A stretch of 60,833 nt of DNA, taken from the NCBI GenBank assembly GCA_035477615.1, contig DATIKJ010000041.1, positions 1 through 60,833 on the forward strand, given 5' to 3'. A program made the position numbers and the translations under genes. Below the pieces are notes generated by a model, which made no database searches, was not told where the DNA came from, and saw only the letters and a list, made by a program, of their open reading frames with translations. Below are positions 9,915 to 18,507 of the stretch, in pieces (within the stretch, counting starts at the first letter, position 1; each line of letters starts with the position of its first letter). Source of the stretch: Spirochaetia bacterium. Its GTDB lineage: Bacteria > Patescibacteriota > Microgenomatia > UBA1400 > MFAQ01.

Positions 9915-11095
9915 ATTTTCTTTTTCTTCCAAATAACTAGGTTGTAGATGAGCCAGTTTAGGGGAACAGTAAAAAAGAACACAGCAAAAACTAAGAAAAG
10001 GTTTCTATATTGATCACCAAAGACTTGAGTACCAACACCGATAATAATACTGGGAATAACAATACCAGAAATAACTGAGCTAAGATTGAAAGTGGCAAAT
10101 TTATGAAGCATTTTATTACCCCATACAAGTTTTTCGTTTTTGAAAGTCCAGAGATTATTTAGGGTGAAGTTGCTGATAATGGAAACTTCGGCGGCGAGAG
10201 CGTTGGCAACAAAATTTCTGATACCGACTGTATTGATTAAATTTTGCATGGCCTTAGAAAAAAGATCTAGACCAACTTTATTGATAACAAAACCAAAAAG
10301 CCCTATACAACCAAATTTTATAAATTTTTGAGTAGTCTGATCATTCCAACGTAAGAGAAAAACAGAACGAAAAATATCTTTGGCTGTTTTTGGTTCAATT
10401 TTGGACTCTCCCTTGGTACGCAGACCAAACTGTAGTGGAATCTCTTTGACCTTGGCACCAAGCTGAATCATTTTGTAGAGAAACTCGAGTTTGTAACCAA
10501 AATTTTTGGAGTATAGATGATCCATGTCTATGGTGTCTACGAAGCCTTTGACACGAGAAGCCTTGAGACCGGTGGTTGGATCAGTAATTTTGAAAAACAT
10601 TTTTCCGGGAAAGAATAAAACAAAGCGAGCAACCATTCCTCCTACTTCACTGAAGAAGACGCGTTTAAAGCCCCAACCCTTGGGATTACTACCACCTTTT
10701 ATTTTGCGAGAACCTAAAACATAGTCGTAACCGGCATTAATTTGTTGGAGAAGTACCGGAATGTCTTTGGGGGGATGCTGGAAGTCTGCGTCGAATTCGA
10801 TGAGAACATCGGCTTTGAGTGACTCTATGGCATGACGGAAGCCTTTGACATATGCTCCTCCAATACCAGCTTTTGTTGGATTAAGAAAAAGTTCAAGATT
10901 TTTGAAGATTTTTTGTTTTTTTTGAACAATTTTGTAAGTTCCGTCTGGAGAAGTATCGTCGACAACTAAAAGTTTGCAGTTCCAGTCTTTAATCTTCGGA
11001 AAAACCTTGCCGCAAAGAGCATCAATCATTTCACCGATAGATTCGGCTTCATTGTAGGTAGGAATTACAACGACGGCGAGAGGGAGTTTTTGCAT
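9911..11095 (-). CDS. Bifunctional family 2 glycosyltransferase / GtrA-like protein
   Basis: The N-terminal part is DPM1-like (VVVIPTYNEAESI ... LLVVDDTSPDGT ... EFDADFQHPP). The C-terminal ~130 aa is a 4-TM GtrA-like domain (FIKFGCIGLFGFVINKVGLDLF ... FTLNNLWTFK). ATG start. Confidence 0.8.
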   Translation of the reverse strand: MQKLPLAVVVIPTYNEAESIGEMIDALCGKVFPKIKDWNCKLLVVDDTSPDGTYKIVQKKQKIFKNLELFLNPTKAGIGGAYVKGFRHAIESLKADVLIEFDADFQHPPKDIPVLLQQINAGYDYVLGSRKIKGGSNPKGWGFKRVFFSEVGGMVARFVLFFPGKMFFKITDPTTGLKASRVKGFVDTIDMDHLYSKNFGYKLEFLYKMIQLGAKVKEIPLQFGLRTKGESKIEPKTAKDIFRSVFLLRWNDQTTQKFIKFGCIGLFGFVINKVGLDLFSKAMQNLINTVGIRNFVANALAAEVSIISNFTLNNLWTFKNEKLVWGNKMLHKFATFNLSSVISGIVIPSIIIGVGTQVFGDQYRNLFLVFAVFFFTVPLNWLIYNLVIWKKKKI

Positions 11096-11097
11096 AG

Positions 11098-11373
11098 TTA
11101 CTTATTTCTCATATCTTCTTGACAACAGTCACCTTCACACTTATTACAACACTCTTTACCGTAGCTTTCTTTGGCCTCTACCTCTCTTCGTTTACCTTCT
11201 TCATCGTACCAGTAAAGTATTTTGTCGTCTTCGTCAAGAGTTTTGTTGTGTGACCCGTCACAGAAAGGTTGGTTTTTACTGAGTCCACACATACAAATGT
11301 ATTTATCCCCCACTTCTTGTGGACCATGAGCTGTTCTTTTTATGAGTCTTGGCATAAGGGTATTATAGAACAT
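11098..11373 (-). CDS. CDGSH iron-sulfur domain protein with Cys-rich C-terminal tail
   Basis: CMCGLSKNQPFCDGSH matches the CDGSH 2Fe-2S signature C-x-C-x2-S-x3-P-x-C-D-G-S-H. The tail is KECCNKCEGDCCQED. An alternative ATG lies at 11355 (MPRLIKRT). Confidence 0.8.
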   Translation of the reverse strand: MFYNTLMPRLIKRTAHGPQEVGDKYICMCGLSKNQPFCDGSHNKTLDEDDKILYWYDEEGKRREVEAKESYGKECCNKCEGDCCQEDMRNK

Positions 11374-11394
11374 AAGATAAGGTAAAATTGAAGC

Positions 11395-12024
11395 ATGAAG
11401 ATAGATATTTTAACCATTTTTCCGGAGATGTTTGAGAATGTTTTTGGGACATCGATAATTGGACGAGCAACTGGAACTGGAGTGGTGGAGATCAAAGTAC
11501 ACAATTTACGTAGTTGGAGTAATGATAACTACAAGAGTGTTGATGATAGACCATTTGGAGGTGGTGCGGGAATGATTATGAGGGTGGATGTAGTTGACCG
11601 AGCTCTAAAAGACTTAAAAAAACCTGGATCAAAAGTAATTTTACTTGATACTAAGGGTAAAATGTATAATCAAAAAGCGGCGGATACTTTAAAAGGTGAA
11701 GAGCACTTGATCATGATTGCGCCTCATTTTGAGGGTATTGATCAGCGTGTTCACGACAATCTTGCAGATGAAGTGTATTCAATTGGACCTTACGTACTGT
11801 CTGGGGGTGAACTGCCAGTAATGGTGATCGTAGACTCGATTGTGCGATTACTTCCGGGAGCCCTAGGAAATCCTGAGTCTTTAAACGAGGAGTCGTATTC
11901 TGACTTATTTGATACAGAGTATGCACAGTACACCAGACCGTCTGAGTACAATGGCTGGAAAGTCCCAGAGATACTTCTTTCTGGAGATCATAAAAAAATC
12001 GCCGACTGGAGAAAAGGAAAATGA
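11395..12024 (+). CDS. trmD: tRNA (guanine37-N1)-methyltransferase
   Basis: MKIDILTIFPEMFE... , DDRPFGGGAGM, IGPYVLSGGELP are typical TrmD motifs. 209 aa, ATG start. Confidence 0.95.
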   Translation: MKIDILTIFPEMFENVFGTSIIGRATGTGVVEIKVHNLRSWSNDNYKSVDDRPFGGGAGMIMRVDVVDRALKDLKKPGSKVILLDTKGKMYNQKAADTLKGEEHLIMIAPHFEGIDQRVHDNLADEVYSIGPYVLSGGELPVMVIVDSIVRLLPGALGNPESLNEESYSDLFDTEYAQYTRPSEYNGWKVPEILLSGDHKKIADWRKGK

Positions 12025-12030
12025 GGATTT

Positions 12031-12834
12031 TTATTTGGGTATACCTACTGGCATCAAATAAATAATGGTGTCGGTACTAGAAACAGTGATTAACTCTTTT
12101 AGTTTTAGTTCATCAAAATTTGTACTGATCGTGGTTCCGAGCTTGAGACTTTCTACCTGCAAGGCAATATTTTGAGCTATGAAACCAGCTTCAAGATAGA
12201 CTTCTTTGTCGTGAGGAATTCCACCATAAGCTTCAGCCATTTTACTCATATTTCCAGTAATAACCAAAACTGCGGGAATCTTATTAAAAGAATTTTGATT
12301 TAATAGTTTAAAAAGAGCATCTCCCATCTCAACTTTTTTGATTGGTTTTAATTGATGAACTGGAGTTCTGTCTCCGGGAATATACTGATACTCTCCGGCC
12401 TCAAGACCATCGACCTTGTTGGCAATGAGAAAAACAGTCAGAGGGTAAGTAGACTTGAACGAAGGGGCAGTACGATCACCCCAGTCGACGTTGATTCCTT
12501 GAGCTGCCCATAGAAGCTGAGATATTTGTTTGAGAGTAAGAGCACCATTGGTAAAGTCTAGTCTCGTCTTTCTGTTTTTTAGGACTGTTTCAAGAGAGTT
12601 ACTACTTCTTATATCTGGCTGAGGAAGGGCGGTACTGTCTCCGGGAAGAACAATCTGTACTACTGGTGTCTCAGATTGTGTTTGATTATTTCTTTGTCTA
12701 AGATTAAGAATGAAAGCAGTGACAGAGAGAGATATTACCAACAGAGCAGTAAGTAAAGGAGTTGACCATTTTTTGGCAAACTCCAGTACCTTGTTGGTTT
12801 TATTTTCCTTGAGAGTAGAGGCAGTCTTTTTCAC
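12031..12834 (-). CDS. SagB/ThcOx-type nitroreductase-fold protein with N-terminal membrane anchor
   Basis: A TM segment (STPLLTALLVISLSVTAFIL) is followed by LTLKQISQLLWAAQGI and a nitroreductase-like C-terminal part (EVYLEAGFIAQNIALQ). GTG start (cac at 12832-12834). Confidence 0.65.
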   Translation of the reverse strand: MKKTASTLKENKTNKVLEFAKKWSTPLLTALLVISLSVTAFILNLRQRNNQTQSETPVVQIVLPGDSTALPQPDIRSSNSLETVLKNRKTRLDFTNGALTLKQISQLLWAAQGINVDWGDRTAPSFKSTYPLTVFLIANKVDGLEAGEYQYIPGDRTPVHQLKPIKKVEMGDALFKLLNQNSFNKIPAVLVITGNMSKMAEAYGGIPHDKEVYLEAGFIAQNIALQVESLKLGTTISTNFDELKLKELITVSSTDTIIYLMPVGIPK

Positions 12835-12852
12835 GAGGACAGTACTTTTGGT

Positions 12853-13578
12853 TTAAAGAAAGCTGCTTACTTTAGCGTCTTTTCTAACCTGAGAGTACCA
12901 TTCTTGAGATTTGGTATAGATGTCTTGTTGGTATAGAATCTCTTTGATCTCGTCAGCAACTTCATCAAGCTTTTTGTCGGCATATGAGGCCTTGTTGTCT
13001 GTAAAGTACTGAGAAACTGCGACGTCGGTAATTTCAATCTTTCCCGATGACTCGATTAGTTTTTTCAAACCAATACTTTGTTCGATTGATTGAAGTGCTT
13101 TTTCCTCGGTCATACCAAACTGGGTTAATGCAGCTTTGAACTGCTCTTCTCCACCATACTGTATTTTGATTTTGGCAAGTTCGTCTTGTACTTCTTTGTC
13201 GGTAACGACAATATTGTTTTTCTTAAGATTCTCTTGTAGTAGCTTTTCAGAAACAATTTCTTCAAAGGTCTGATCCGCATATTTTTCTGCCATTTTGGCA
13301 TTTAACTCCCAACGAGAAACTGGAGTTTTGTTTACTGTGCCAGCAATAAAGAGTCCTTTATTTTTTTGGACTAATAAAAAGACGACAATTCCAATTGCAA
13401 CTATCAAAAGAAGCTTCACAAATAAAATGAAATTAAATTTCTTTTTTGATTTTGTTACTTCTGGGACTGAAGCACTTCTCATTGTTTTGATAACTTTGAC
13501 AGCTTTTTTTGTTTTGGAACTTGTTTTTGGCATTGTAGTTGTTTTTTTAATGGTTTTTTTTGATTTGTCTTTGGCCAT
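12853..13578 (-). CDS. Membrane-anchored SurA-N/PrsA-like chaperone domain protein (no PPIase domain seen)
   Basis: Lys-rich N-terminus and one TM segment. VSRWELNAKMAEKYADQTFEEIVSEKLLQ ... DKEVQDELAKIK... resembles SurA N-terminal domain proteins. ATG start. Confidence 0.5.
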   Translation of the reverse strand: MAKDKSKKTIKKTTTMPKTSSKTKKAVKVIKTMRSASVPEVTKSKKKFNFILFVKLLLIVAIGIVVFLLVQKNKGLFIAGTVNKTPVSRWELNAKMAEKYADQTFEEIVSEKLLQENLKKNNIVVTDKEVQDELAKIKIQYGGEEQFKAALTQFGMTEEKALQSIEQSIGLKKLIESSGKIEITDVAVSQYFTDNKASYADKKLDEVADEIKEILYQQDIYTKSQEWYSQVRKDAKVSSFL

Positions 13579-13604
13579 GATTTTTATATTACCACATTGA
13601 TAAA

Positions 13605-13970
13605 TTAATAGACGGCTTCTTCTAGATTGATTGCGTTGTCATAGACGGGAATAAACGGATCTGGAAGATCTGTATTGATACTTTGAATTTCCTCTTTGAG
13701 GGCACTAAATTCGGATTTTATTATTATTTGTTCGGTTGGTACTACGTCTTCAATTTCTGGTGGAATAAAAACAGGTAGAGGTGTTTTTTCTGAGGCTTTT
13801 TTGCCGATAGCTAAAGCAATTAATAAAATGACAATTACAAAGCCGGCTATAGTGAACCACTTGTATTTCTGCCACCAAGCTTTAATGGGAATATATATTT
13901 CTCCTGACTGTATCTTTCTGATCAGCTCAATAGCTTCCGGATTGGTGATGTTAATTTTAGGAATGGGCAT
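13605..13970 (-). CDS. Hypothetical single-TM protein
   Basis: 121 aa with a central TM segment (WFTIAGFVIVILLIALAI). The ATG overlaps the upstream gene by 14 nt, so it is operonic. Confidence 0.5.
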   Translation of the reverse strand: MPIPKINITNPEAIELIRKIQSGEIYIPIKAWWQKYKWFTIAGFVIVILLIALAIGKKASEKTPLPVFIPPEIEDVVPTEQIIIKSEFSALKEEIQSINTDLPDPFIPVYDNAINLEEAVY

Positions 13971-14733
13971 AGTTTAGATCTATATCAATAAGACTATCAA
14001 TCCATTTCAATTGGAGTATTTGGATTTTTTTGACTGTCTCGGAGTTGTTGGTAAAATAGCTTTCGTTGTCGATATTATCCAACATTTCTTCGGAGTAAAA
14101 CTTAGTAGTGAAAGCGTTGATGGTATCGTTTATTTTGTTTCCAAGGTCTTGAATATCGGTGATTCTAGTTTGCAGAGCTGTTGAGTATGGCTTTGCCAGT
14201 TTGGGAAGAATGAAGTCTAGAGAGTTTTTTGATTGAATTTGGAAACGAACAAGTTGAGAAATCTTGCAAGCAACAACTCCAGATCTCAGGCTTTTATCGT
14301 GTGTAACGGTATTGGTGATATAGTTTTGAGTGTATTCAGCCAGATTGGCGGCAGTTACAATTGATTGAGATTTGTAGGCTTCTGATAGATAAAAGTTTTT
14401 TGCTTGGGTAAGAGCATCAATACTTGGCTTGATAGGTGCGTAGTTTGTTTCTTTTTCTTGGCAGAGATAAAGGAGGTAGGCGGCAAAACTACCTTTGGCG
14501 AGATCTCTTGTGGAGAGTGTTTGTTTGGCAGCTAGAATTGCCTTTTGTTGGTTATCTAGTGTGGGGTTTTCCAAAAAATCTTTTTTTAGAATAGAGTACT
14601 CAATGTAGTTTTGGCGGTATTTACTATACTGAAACTCAAAGTCTGACTTGGCATCAGCATAGACAACCGTACTGACGGTAGATAACAAATACAAAAATAG
14701 CGGAATCAATAGTAGCTTTGAGAAAAGCTTCAT
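13957..14733 (-). CDS. Hypothetical secreted helical protein
   Basis: 258 aa with signal peptide MKLFSKLLLIPLFLYLLSTVSTVVYA. TAATG overlap with rfbD. Confidence 0.5.
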   Translation of the reverse strand: MKLFSKLLLIPLFLYLLSTVSTVVYADAKSDFEFQYSKYRQNYIEYSILKKDFLENPTLDNQQKAILAAKQTLSTRDLAKGSFAAYLLYLCQEKETNYAPIKPSIDALTQAKNFYLSEAYKSQSIVTAANLAEYTQNYITNTVTHDKSLRSGVVACKISQLVRFQIQSKNSLDFILPKLAKPYSTALQTRITDIQDLGNKINDTINAFTTKFYSEEMLDNIDNESYFTNNSETVKKIQILQLKWIDSLIDIDLNYAHS

Positions 14734-15626
14734 TACTTTAAGGATAACCCCTGACCAATGAGTTTTTCAACTACAGTTTGCCAAGTTGAAAAATGGAGAT
14801 CAAGTTTTTCTTCTGTAATAACTGTTTTAAGTCCTCCCCAGACTGGATATCTGTTTTTGTTTGTTTGAGTTTTCAAAAATTCATGAACTGAGACTTGCTT
14901 TATAGTTGAGGCATCGCCTCCCAACTGATCAACAGCAAAGCTTATTAACTCGAATGGTGTGGTGGTGTCTGAAGAACAGTGGAAAATGCCGGAGCTGTTG
15001 GTATCAATGATTTTTTGGAGAGTAGCAGCAACTTCATCGATAAAAGCAATACAAACTTGCTGATCGTTAAATAGTGGATACATTGATCCTTCGGAATACT
15101 TCTTTAGAGGCGCGCGAAGATAGTCTAGTTTTTGATCGAAATGAGCCCTGACTGGATAAATAATTCGCAGAATAGTGCCACCATGGTTCAGAATAACTTT
15201 TTCGGCACGATTCTTGGTCCAGCCATACCAAGTAAGATTTTCGTTGGTTTCTGGAGTCTTGTCGTTTTCGGCATATGGCCCGGGGTTTTCTAAGTTCCCT
15301 GGAAAAACCATGTCTGTGGAGATATGAATTATTTTTTGAGAAGGAAAGGCTTTGACAAGATTCTTGACTCCCTCGACGTTGACTTTCCACGCTAGACCAT
15401 TTTCATCACCGGACTGTTGTTCGGCGGCATTAACATCTGTGAAGGCAGCGAAGTTGACAATCCATTCTGGATTGAACTCATCAATTGTTTTTTTGACTGA
15501 AACTTCACTTGACAGGTCGAGGTCTGGGAATTCTGGAGTGCAGAACTGGTAGTTTCTGGCAAGCTCAACAAAACGAGAACCAACTAGGCCAGAGGCACCA
15601 GTAACAAGTATTTTTACTTTTGACAT
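14733..15626 (-). CDS. rfbD: dTDP-4-dehydrorhamnose reductase family protein (RmlD-like)
   Basis: ILVTGASGLVGSRF Rossmann motif and YGWTKNRAE (YxxxK). 297 aa. TAATG overlap with rfbB. Confidence 0.75.
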   Translation of the reverse strand: MSKVKILVTGASGLVGSRFVELARNYQFCTPEFPDLDLSSEVSVKKTIDEFNPEWIVNFAAFTDVNAAEQQSGDENGLAWKVNVEGVKNLVKAFPSQKIIHISTDMVFPGNLENPGPYAENDKTPETNENLTWYGWTKNRAEKVILNHGGTILRIIYPVRAHFDQKLDYLRAPLKKYSEGSMYPLFNDQQVCIAFIDEVAATLQKIIDTNSSGIFHCSSDTTTPFELISFAVDQLGGDASTIKQVSVHEFLKTQTNKNRYPVWGGLKTVITEEKLDLHFSTWQTVVEKLIGQGLSLK

Positions 15627-16624
15627 TATTTTTTATATATTGATTCGGATTTTTCTTTGAGTGGTTTCCACCAGTCTTCATTTTCTTGGTACCAGTTTAC
15701 AGTTTTTTCTAACCAAGAGTCAAAGTCATACTGAGGTGACCAACCTAGGTCCTTATTTATTTTTGTCCAGTCGACAGCATAGCGACGGTCGTGACCTGGT
15801 CTATCGGTGACATACTCGATTGATTCTTTTTCATCTTTACCTAGTAGTTTAATCACTTTCTGGGCAACTTCGAGATTGTTGACGTCGCAGGTCATACCAC
15901 CGACACAGTAAGTGCTTCCCGGGGTGGCGTTTAAGAAAACCATCTCGATAGCACGGCAGTGATCAAGAACATGGAGCCAGTCGCGAACGTATTTACCATC
16001 ACCATAGACTTTGACTTTGTCTCCGGTCAGGAGATTCGTTATCATACGAGGCATGAACTTTTCAGGGTCTTGGTATGGGCCAAAGTTGTTACTGCAGTTT
16101 GTAATAGTGACAGGAACACCAAAAGTGTCGAAGTAAGCTCGCACAAAGTGGTCCGAACTGGCTTTAGAAGCAGCGTAGGGACTGTGAGGATTGTAGGAAG
16201 TGTCTTCATTGAACTTGGTTTCACTATCAAGGGGTAGGGCGCCAAAGACTTCGTCGGTGGAGACGTGATGGAATTTTTTGATGCCGTATTTTTTGGCGGC
16301 TTCGAGAAGAGTCTGAGTACCTATGATATTGGTTTTGGTAAAGATCAAAGGATCAAGGATGGATCTATCGACATGACTCTCGGCCGCAAAATGGATAATA
16401 GCGTCAACTTTGGAAGCCACAGCGTCAACGGCTTGAGCATCAGTGATGTCCCCTTTTATAAACGAGTAATGAGGATTATTTTCAATTGACTTTAGTGACT
16501 CGAGGTGGCCGGCGTAGGTTAAAAGATCGAAGTTTATGATTTCATCATCTGGATGTTTTTCCAACCAGTAATGGATAAAGTTTGAGCCGATAAAGCCGGC
16601 GCCACCAGTGACGAGTATTTTCAT
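15626..16624 (-). CDS. rfbB: dTDP-glucose 4,6-dehydratase
   Basis: MKILVTGGAGFIGSNF, HVSTDEVFG, YAASKASSDHFVRAY, RPGHDRRYA are classic RmlB motifs. Confidence 0.92.
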   Translation of the reverse strand: MKILVTGGAGFIGSNFIHYWLEKHPDDEIINFDLLTYAGHLESLKSIENNPHYSFIKGDITDAQAVDAVASKVDAIIHFAAESHVDRSILDPLIFTKTNIIGTQTLLEAAKKYGIKKFHHVSTDEVFGALPLDSETKFNEDTSYNPHSPYAASKASSDHFVRAYFDTFGVPVTITNCSNNFGPYQDPEKFMPRMITNLLTGDKVKVYGDGKYVRDWLHVLDHCRAIEMVFLNATPGSTYCVGGMTCDVNNLEVAQKVIKLLGKDEKESIEYVTDRPGHDRRYAVDWTKINKDLGWSPQYDFDSWLEKTVNWYQENEDWWKPLKEKSESIYKK

Positions 16625-16626
16625 AT

Positions 16627-17358
16627 TTATTTGTATGACTTTTCTGACATGTGATTTCCTGCTTCCAAGAGACTTTCAAAAGTACCTGCATCTTGCCAGT
16701 AACTATCAAAGACACAGGCTTTTAACTCTCCCATTTTCCAGTAAGTGTTGTTGACGCTTGGTTCACCGCTAATTTCTAGCTCTCCACGTTTTGAGGGTTT
16801 GAGATTTTTGGCTATCTCGACAACTCGATGGTCGTAGGTATAGATACCAACAGAGACATACATTGATTTTGGTTTCTCAGGTTTTTCTTCAATGGATAGT
16901 ATGGTGCCGTCTTCTTTCATCTCGATAACGCCAAGTCTTTTGACATCATTTATGTTGTCGAGTTTTTTGCAGTAGATTTGACCGCCTTTTTTGAATGACT
17001 TAATTTCTTTACTGAAATCGTGGTCAAAAATATTGTCACCCAAAATCATGGTGACATCGTCTCCATCGATAAAGTCTTCGGCGAGAATAAAGGCTTGAGC
17101 TAAACCGTTTGGCTCTTTTTGAATCACATAGCTAAATCGGGCGCCAAACTCTTCACCAGTACCGAGTAGATTCAAGAATAGGCCTGAGTTTTCTGGGGCA
17201 AGGATAATGAGAATATCCTTGATACCAGCTTTTATCAAGGTTTCAATTGGATAGTAGATCATGGGCTTGTCGTAAACAGGAAGAAGTTGTTTACTAATAA
17301 CCCAGGTAAGTGGTCTGAGTCTGGTTGCGCGTCCACCGGCTAGAATGATTCCTTTCAT
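16627..17358 (-). CDS. rfbA: Glucose-1-phosphate thymidylyltransferase-like sugar nucleotidyltransferase (short form)
   Basis: MKGIILAGGRATRLRPLT... and LGDNIF. At 243 aa it is shorter than canonical RmlA. Confidence 0.78.
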   Translation of the reverse strand: MKGIILAGGRATRLRPLTWVISKQLLPVYDKPMIYYPIETLIKAGIKDILIILAPENSGLFLNLLGTGEEFGARFSYVIQKEPNGLAQAFILAEDFIDGDDVTMILGDNIFDHDFSKEIKSFKKGGQIYCKKLDNINDVKRLGVIEMKEDGTILSIEEKPEKPKSMYVSVGIYTYDHRVVEIAKNLKPSKRGELEISGEPSVNNTYWKMGELKACVFDSYWQDAGTFESLLEAGNHMSEKSYK

Positions 17359-17389
17359 ATTTTGCTATTATACAACTGATAATAAATTG

Positions 17390-17644
17390 CTATTTCAACA
17401 AGCCTATAACTATTATACACCCGAGGAGGGCAAAAAGCACATATTCGAGCACTATTTGTGCCTGGAGTGTCTTTTCCTTTAAGTGGTGAAAAACGCCCCA
17501 TACTATATATAGTATAGATAAACTTATAATAGTAATCTGCTGATAGAACTTGTTGCCGTTGAAGAATAGAATAAGCAGAATAGCCACAGAAACGAGAATG
17601 GTGAGAATGAGGTAGCCGACGATATTTTTGAGAGGTTTTTTCAT
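17390..17644 (-). CDS. Small hypothetical membrane protein (84 aa)
   Basis: The track ORF (to 17809) overlaps the upstream gene by 169 nt. The internal ATG at 17644 (MKKPLKNIVGYLILTIL...) forms an ATGA overlap with the upstream stop. Three predicted TM helices. Confidence 0.5.
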   Translation of the reverse strand: MKKPLKNIVGYLILTILVSVAILLILFFNGNKFYQQITIISLSILYIVWGVFHHLKEKTLQAQIVLEYVLFALLGCIIVIGLLK

Positions 17645-18483
17645 AAGACGATTCCCTGACGAATGATAATCAGAATAATTGCTAACCCAGCAAAGTAGGT
17701 AATGTGTGCCCAGGTTTTTCCAGAGATACGAACAATATTGTAGCGAAGTACAAATATCCAGTCGATACTGAGAACAAAAAGGATAAGAACAACAAAGGCG
17801 AGTGACCAAGCTCGAGATAGATCTAAGGGAGAGAGACCGGAAGAAGGAATGTGTTTGGGAAGAGTTTCTTCAGCGTAGGCTGTTTTAGTAATGTTGGTAG
17901 AAGCAATTTTGGCGACAGTATTTTTGGTGGAACCAAACATCTGAACCACTAAAGTGGTCTCGACACCGTTGATGTAGCCATCGAGGACAGCGACACCAAT
18001 ATCATGGTAACGATCATCAAGAAGATTTTGACGGTGAGTGGGTGAAGCCATCCAGGCCTTGACAACGTCGCTTGGGTTACTGAAGTCTCGAGCAAGATTT
18101 TCTCCAGCATGTTGGTATTGGTAGCCACTATGGGTGACAAAGTACCAAGGTTCGGTGCCTGTAGGAGAGATATGTGCCCAGTAGTTGTTTTCGAACATGT
18201 CAGTGGCTTTGGCAAGCGCAGCTTGATTGAGCTCCGAGTTTGTTTTGACGATGGTGACGCCTGCATTGAGACGCTCTTTGTTGGTCAGCTCGATAACTTT
18301 ATCTGGATCAATTTGAGAAGCATAGCCTAAGACGCCAGGGCGAAGACCAATAGTGATGTCGACGATTGAGCGACCCATGATAAAAAGACCAATAAGAATA
18401 ACGATAGATCGAGGCCAAAGTACTTTGGCTTTATGGTTGTTGTGGGGATGGGGTGCGAAAAGAGTAATAAATGGATGCGCCAT
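17641..18483 (-). CDS. CAP/SCP (YkwD-like) domain protein with N- and C-terminal TM segments
   Basis: LTNKERLNAGV ... NQAALAKATDMFENNYWAHISP ... AGENLA ... VVKAWMASPTHRQNLL are CAP-domain motifs. ATG start. Confidence 0.8.
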   Translation of the reverse strand: MAHPFITLFAPHPHNNHKAKVLWPRSIVILIGLFIMGRSIVDITIGLRPGVLGYASQIDPDKVIELTNKERLNAGVTIVKTNSELNQAALAKATDMFENNYWAHISPTGTEPWYFVTHSGYQYQHAGENLARDFSNPSDVVKAWMASPTHRQNLLDDRYHDIGVAVLDGYINGVETTLVVQMFGSTKNTVAKIASTNITKTAYAEETLPKHIPSSGLSPLDLSRAWSLAFVVLILFVLSIDWIFVLRYNIVRISGKTWAHITYFAGLAIILIIIRQGIVL

Positions 18484-18507
18484 AACTTACTTCATTATGT
18501 CACAGCT

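Noticed and set aside
17645-17809. N-terminal 55-aa extension of ORF 17390-17809
   Set aside because: It overlaps the C-terminal TM region of the CAP-domain gene in another frame and is Cys/Tyr-rich with odd composition. The internal ATG at 17644 gives an ATGA junction and a sensible membrane protein.
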